Shown here piece after piece: positions 61,644-64,000 of a DNA stretch of 64,000 nucleotides. Below the pieces are notes generated by a model that saw nothing but the letters and a program-made list of their open reading frames with translations, had not been told where the DNA came from and did not search any database. The DNA is taken from positions 78-64,077 of the forward strand of contig CAYFLU010000003.1 of the NCBI GenBank assembly GCA_964343975.1, given 5' to 3'. Position numbers and translations under genes: made by a program. Each line of letters starts with the position of its first letter. The first letter of the stretch is position 1. The stretch comes from an uncultured Solibacteraceae bacterium (lineage in GTDB: Bacteria; Acidobacteriota; Vicinamibacteria; Vicinamibacterales; SCN-69-37).

Positions 61644-62846
61644 ATGACTTTGCGACGGCTCGCGTTCCTCACCAGCACCTGCGTGTGGCTTTCGACGTTG
61701 ATCAGTGCGGCGCCGCAGCGCCCGGCGGTCACGCCCGACGCGCGCCTCGCGGCGACACCGCCGATGGGCTTCAACACGTGGAACAAGTTCGCCTGCAACG
61801 TCAGCGAACAGCTCATCAAGGAAACCGCCGATGCGATGGCGTCGAACGGCATGAAGGACGCCGGCTACCAGTACGTCGTCATCGACGACTGCTGGCAGGT
61901 GTCGCGCGACGAGAAGGGCGTGATCGTCGCGGATCCGCAGCGGTTTCCGTCGGGCATGCGCGCGCTCGCGGACTACGTGCACGGCAAGGGCCTCAAGTTC
62001 GGCCTCTACACGGATCTCGGACGCAAGACCTGCGAGGGCCGGCCGGGCACCTTCGAGCATCAGGAGATCGACGCGAAGACGTATGCGGACTGGCAGATCG
62101 ACTACATCAAGGTCGACTGGTGCAATGCGGACGATCTCAACGCGAAGACCGAGTACACCCACTTCCGCGACGCCCTGAAGAAGGCGGGCCGGCCGATCGT
62201 GCTGAGCATCTGCGAGTGGGGCTCGAATAGACCGTGGGAATGGGCGGGCGCGGTCGGCCAGCTCTGGCGCACGACCAACGACATCAGCGACCGCTGGACG
62301 AGTGTGGTCAACATCCTCGCGGCGAATGCGGACCACGCCGCCGCGGCCGGGCCCGGACACTGGAACGACCCCGACATGCTCGAAGTCGGCAACGGCGGCA
62401 TGACCGCCGACGAATATCGCGCGCATTTCTCGATGTGGGCGCTCATGGCCGCGCCGCTCATCACCGGCAATGATCTGCGGACGATGACGGAGGAGACGAA
62501 GTCGATCCTGCTCAACAAGGAAGTGATCGCGGTGGATCAGGATCCGCTGGGCGCGCAGGGCACGAAGGTGCTCGATCGCGGCTCCGGCACGCAGATCTGG
62601 ATGAAGCCGCTCGCTGACGGCTCGAAGGTCGTGGCGCTGCTGAATCTCAATCAGCGCGAGGCCAACATCTCGGTCGGCTGGTCAGACATCGGCATCGCCC
62701 CCGGCCGGGCGATGGCGGTGCGCGATCTCTGGGCGCACACGGATCTGCCCACCCACACGGACACGGGCAAGAACGTCAAAGAGCGCCTCACTGCGAAGGT
62801 CCCCTCGCACGGCGCGGCGCTCCTCAAGTTGACGCCCGCGAAGTAA
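61644..62846 (+). CDS. Alpha-galactosidase, glycoside hydrolase family 27
   Basis: Signal peptide. PPMGFNTWN, YQYVVIDDCW, IKVDWC, and a C-terminal beta-sandwich. Confidence 0.92.
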   Translation: MTLRRLAFLTSTCVWLSTLISAAPQRPAVTPDARLAATPPMGFNTWNKFACNVSEQLIKETADAMASNGMKDAGYQYVVIDDCWQVSRDEKGVIVADPQRFPSGMRALADYVHGKGLKFGLYTDLGRKTCEGRPGTFEHQEIDAKTYADWQIDYIKVDWCNADDLNAKTEYTHFRDALKKAGRPIVLSICEWGSNRPWEWAGAVGQLWRTTNDISDRWTSVVNILAANADHAAAAGPGHWNDPDMLEVGNGGMTADEYRAHFSMWALMAAPLITGNDLRTMTEETKSILLNKEVIAVDQDPLGAQGTKVLDRGSGTQIWMKPLADGSKVVALLNLNQREANISVGWSDIGIAPGRAMAVRDLWAHTDLPTHTDTGKNVKERLTAKVPSHGAALLKLTPAK

Positions 62847-62888
62847 CCGACCTCGGGAGTCGTTTACCCCGGTTTTGTCTACTCCGGT

Positions 62889-63659
62889 TTACCCGGCGAT
62901 GAGGCGTTGGCGGACTTTGTCGACGTCGCGGTGGAAGACAAAGAGCTTGTCGGCGTTGCCGTCGGGGTCCGTGAAGTTGTAGGTGCGGCCCTTCTTCACC
63001 TTGATCTTCAGGTTCTTGCCCGCGTAGTCGATCTCGAACGTGTCGAGATCGGTCAGCGCCACCGTGAAGGCATCGTCTTTGTTCGACGTCTCGAAGGTGA
63101 TGCCCTGCGGTGTCGCTTTCAGCGTGCCTTCGCACGAGCCCATCGCGTGCTTGTGCTTCACCGTCAGCGTCGCGTTCAGGCGCACGTCCTTCAGCTTCAC
63201 GGCGATCTCGCGCGTGCCGATGGCCACGTCGAGGTCTTCCGACACCGCGTCGTAACCCTTCGCGGACACGTTCAGGCGATGTGATCCGGGCGCGAGGTCG
63301 GTGGCCGTGACCGGCGCGGTGCCGATGAACTTGCGGTCGATGAAGACGCTGGCCTCCGCCACATCCGCCGTGATCTTCAGTGTCCCCGTCGTCGGCGCTG
63401 CCTCGGCCGGCTTCTCTGCGGCGACGGGCGCATCGGTCTTCTTCGGTGCCGCGGCCGTGCGCTTGCGCGCGTCGGTCTTCGGCTCAGAGACGGGCTCTGG
63501 CGGTGCCACAACCGGCGCGGCCGCCTCGGTCTTCGCCGGCGCGGGCGCCTTCACGGTCTCCGCCGGCCTTGCCGGCGGCGGCTGCATGAGCAGATACACG
63601 AACACGCCGCCGGCCAGAAGCGCCGCGGCGAACACGAGCATGAAGAGTTTGCGGAACAT
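62889..63659 (-). CDS. PEGA-domain membrane-anchored protein
   Basis: I place the start at ATG 63659 (MFRKLFMLVFAAALLAGGVFVYLL). An A/P/K-rich linker is followed by a PEGA-like region, VFIDRKFIGTAPV...LAPGSHRLNV.AKGY. The ATG overlaps the upstream stop (ATGA). Confidence 0.8.
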   Translation of the reverse strand: MFRKLFMLVFAAALLAGGVFVYLLMQPPPARPAETVKAPAPAKTEAAAPVVAPPEPVSEPKTDARKRTAAAPKKTDAPVAAEKPAEAAPTTGTLKITADVAEASVFIDRKFIGTAPVTATDLAPGSHRLNVSAKGYDAVSEDLDVAIGTREIAVKLKDVRLNATLTVKHKHAMGSCEGTLKATPQGITFETSNKDDAFTVALTDLDTFEIDYAGKNLKIKVKKGRTYNFTDPDGNADKLFVFHRDVDKVRQRLIAG

Positions 63660-64000
63660 CAGCCGTGCCTGATCGCCACGGTCTTGAGCACCGTGAAGCC
63701 GTAGAGCGCCTCGAAGCCCTTCTCGCGTCCGTGGCCGCTCGCCTTCACGCCACCGAACGGCAACTCGACGCCGCCCCCGGCGCCGTAGTTGTTGATGAAC
63801 ACCTGACCGCTCCGCAACGCCTTCGCCATGCGGAACTGGCGACCGCCGTCGGCGGTCCACACGCCGGCGACCAGGCCGAAGTTCGTGCAGTTGGCCAGCT
63901 CGGCCGCGTGCGCTTCGTCGCGGAACGGCATCGCGCTCAGAATCGGCCCGAACACTTCTTCCTGCGCGATGCGCGCATTCGGCGGCACGTCGCGAAGCAA
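63659..64000 (-). CDS. Aldehyde dehydrogenase family protein, C-terminal part (gene continues beyond the window end)
   Basis: EEVFGPIL and PFGGVKASGHGREKG, which are ALDH C-terminal signatures. Confidence 0.9.
   Translation of the reverse strand: MLRDVPPNARIAQEEVFGPILSAMPFRDEAHAAELANCTNFGLVAGVWTADGGRQFRMAKALRSGQVFINNYGAGGGVELPFGGVKASGHGREKGFEALYGFTVLKTVAIRHG

Overview
High-G+C bacterial chromosomal segment. The gene content (H+-pyrophosphatase, YajC-SecDF, LptD, a HEAT-repeat/cyclophilin fusion, many TPR/PEGA/lipoproteins) fits a Gram-negative Acidobacteriota- or Gemmatimonadota-like organism, but the taxon cannot be proven from this window. I call about 58 protein genes, one tRNA(CAU), no rRNA, no CRISPR array, and no transposase or integrase. 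Most of the window is tightly packed housekeeping sequence: hppA, uppP, yajC-secD-secF, tgt, ddl, accD-folC, lptD, rfbB, htpX, thiC, rpiB-glyA, a dinG-like helicase, yggS, hutI, lepA-lepB, gltA, scoAB and mutS2-dnaG-rpoD. The clearly accessory material is: (i) a visibly lower-G+C islet at about 50.25-52.85 kb, directly after rpoD. It holds a tandem GAAATC repeat array, a ~245-nt imperfect palindrome with UUCG-type hairpin tips, a translationally coupled pair (61-aa acidic protein plus a DUF3883/PD-(D/E)xK-like protein), a stand-alone PAS protein and a VapBC module. (ii) A second VapBC-type module at 42.0-42.7 kb. (iii) A decaying hybrid histidine-kinase gene at 58.9-61.1 kb. My best candidate for an undescribed system is the acidic-protein/DUF3883 pair with its adjacent structured or repeated DNA. 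Other items worth follow-up are an orphan consensus promoter plus terminator unit (small RNA or leaderless 19-aa ORF), a 16-aa lysine-rich micro-ORF with its own SD and terminator, a fused prenol-kinase/prenyl-phosphate-kinase gene next to a UbiA prenyltransferase, a recurrent leaderless-type promoter geometry (-10 box 6-11 nt from the start codon), and a dispersed GA-rich (GGA-rich) intergenic element present at two loci. All family calls come from reading motifs in the translations. No database search was possible.
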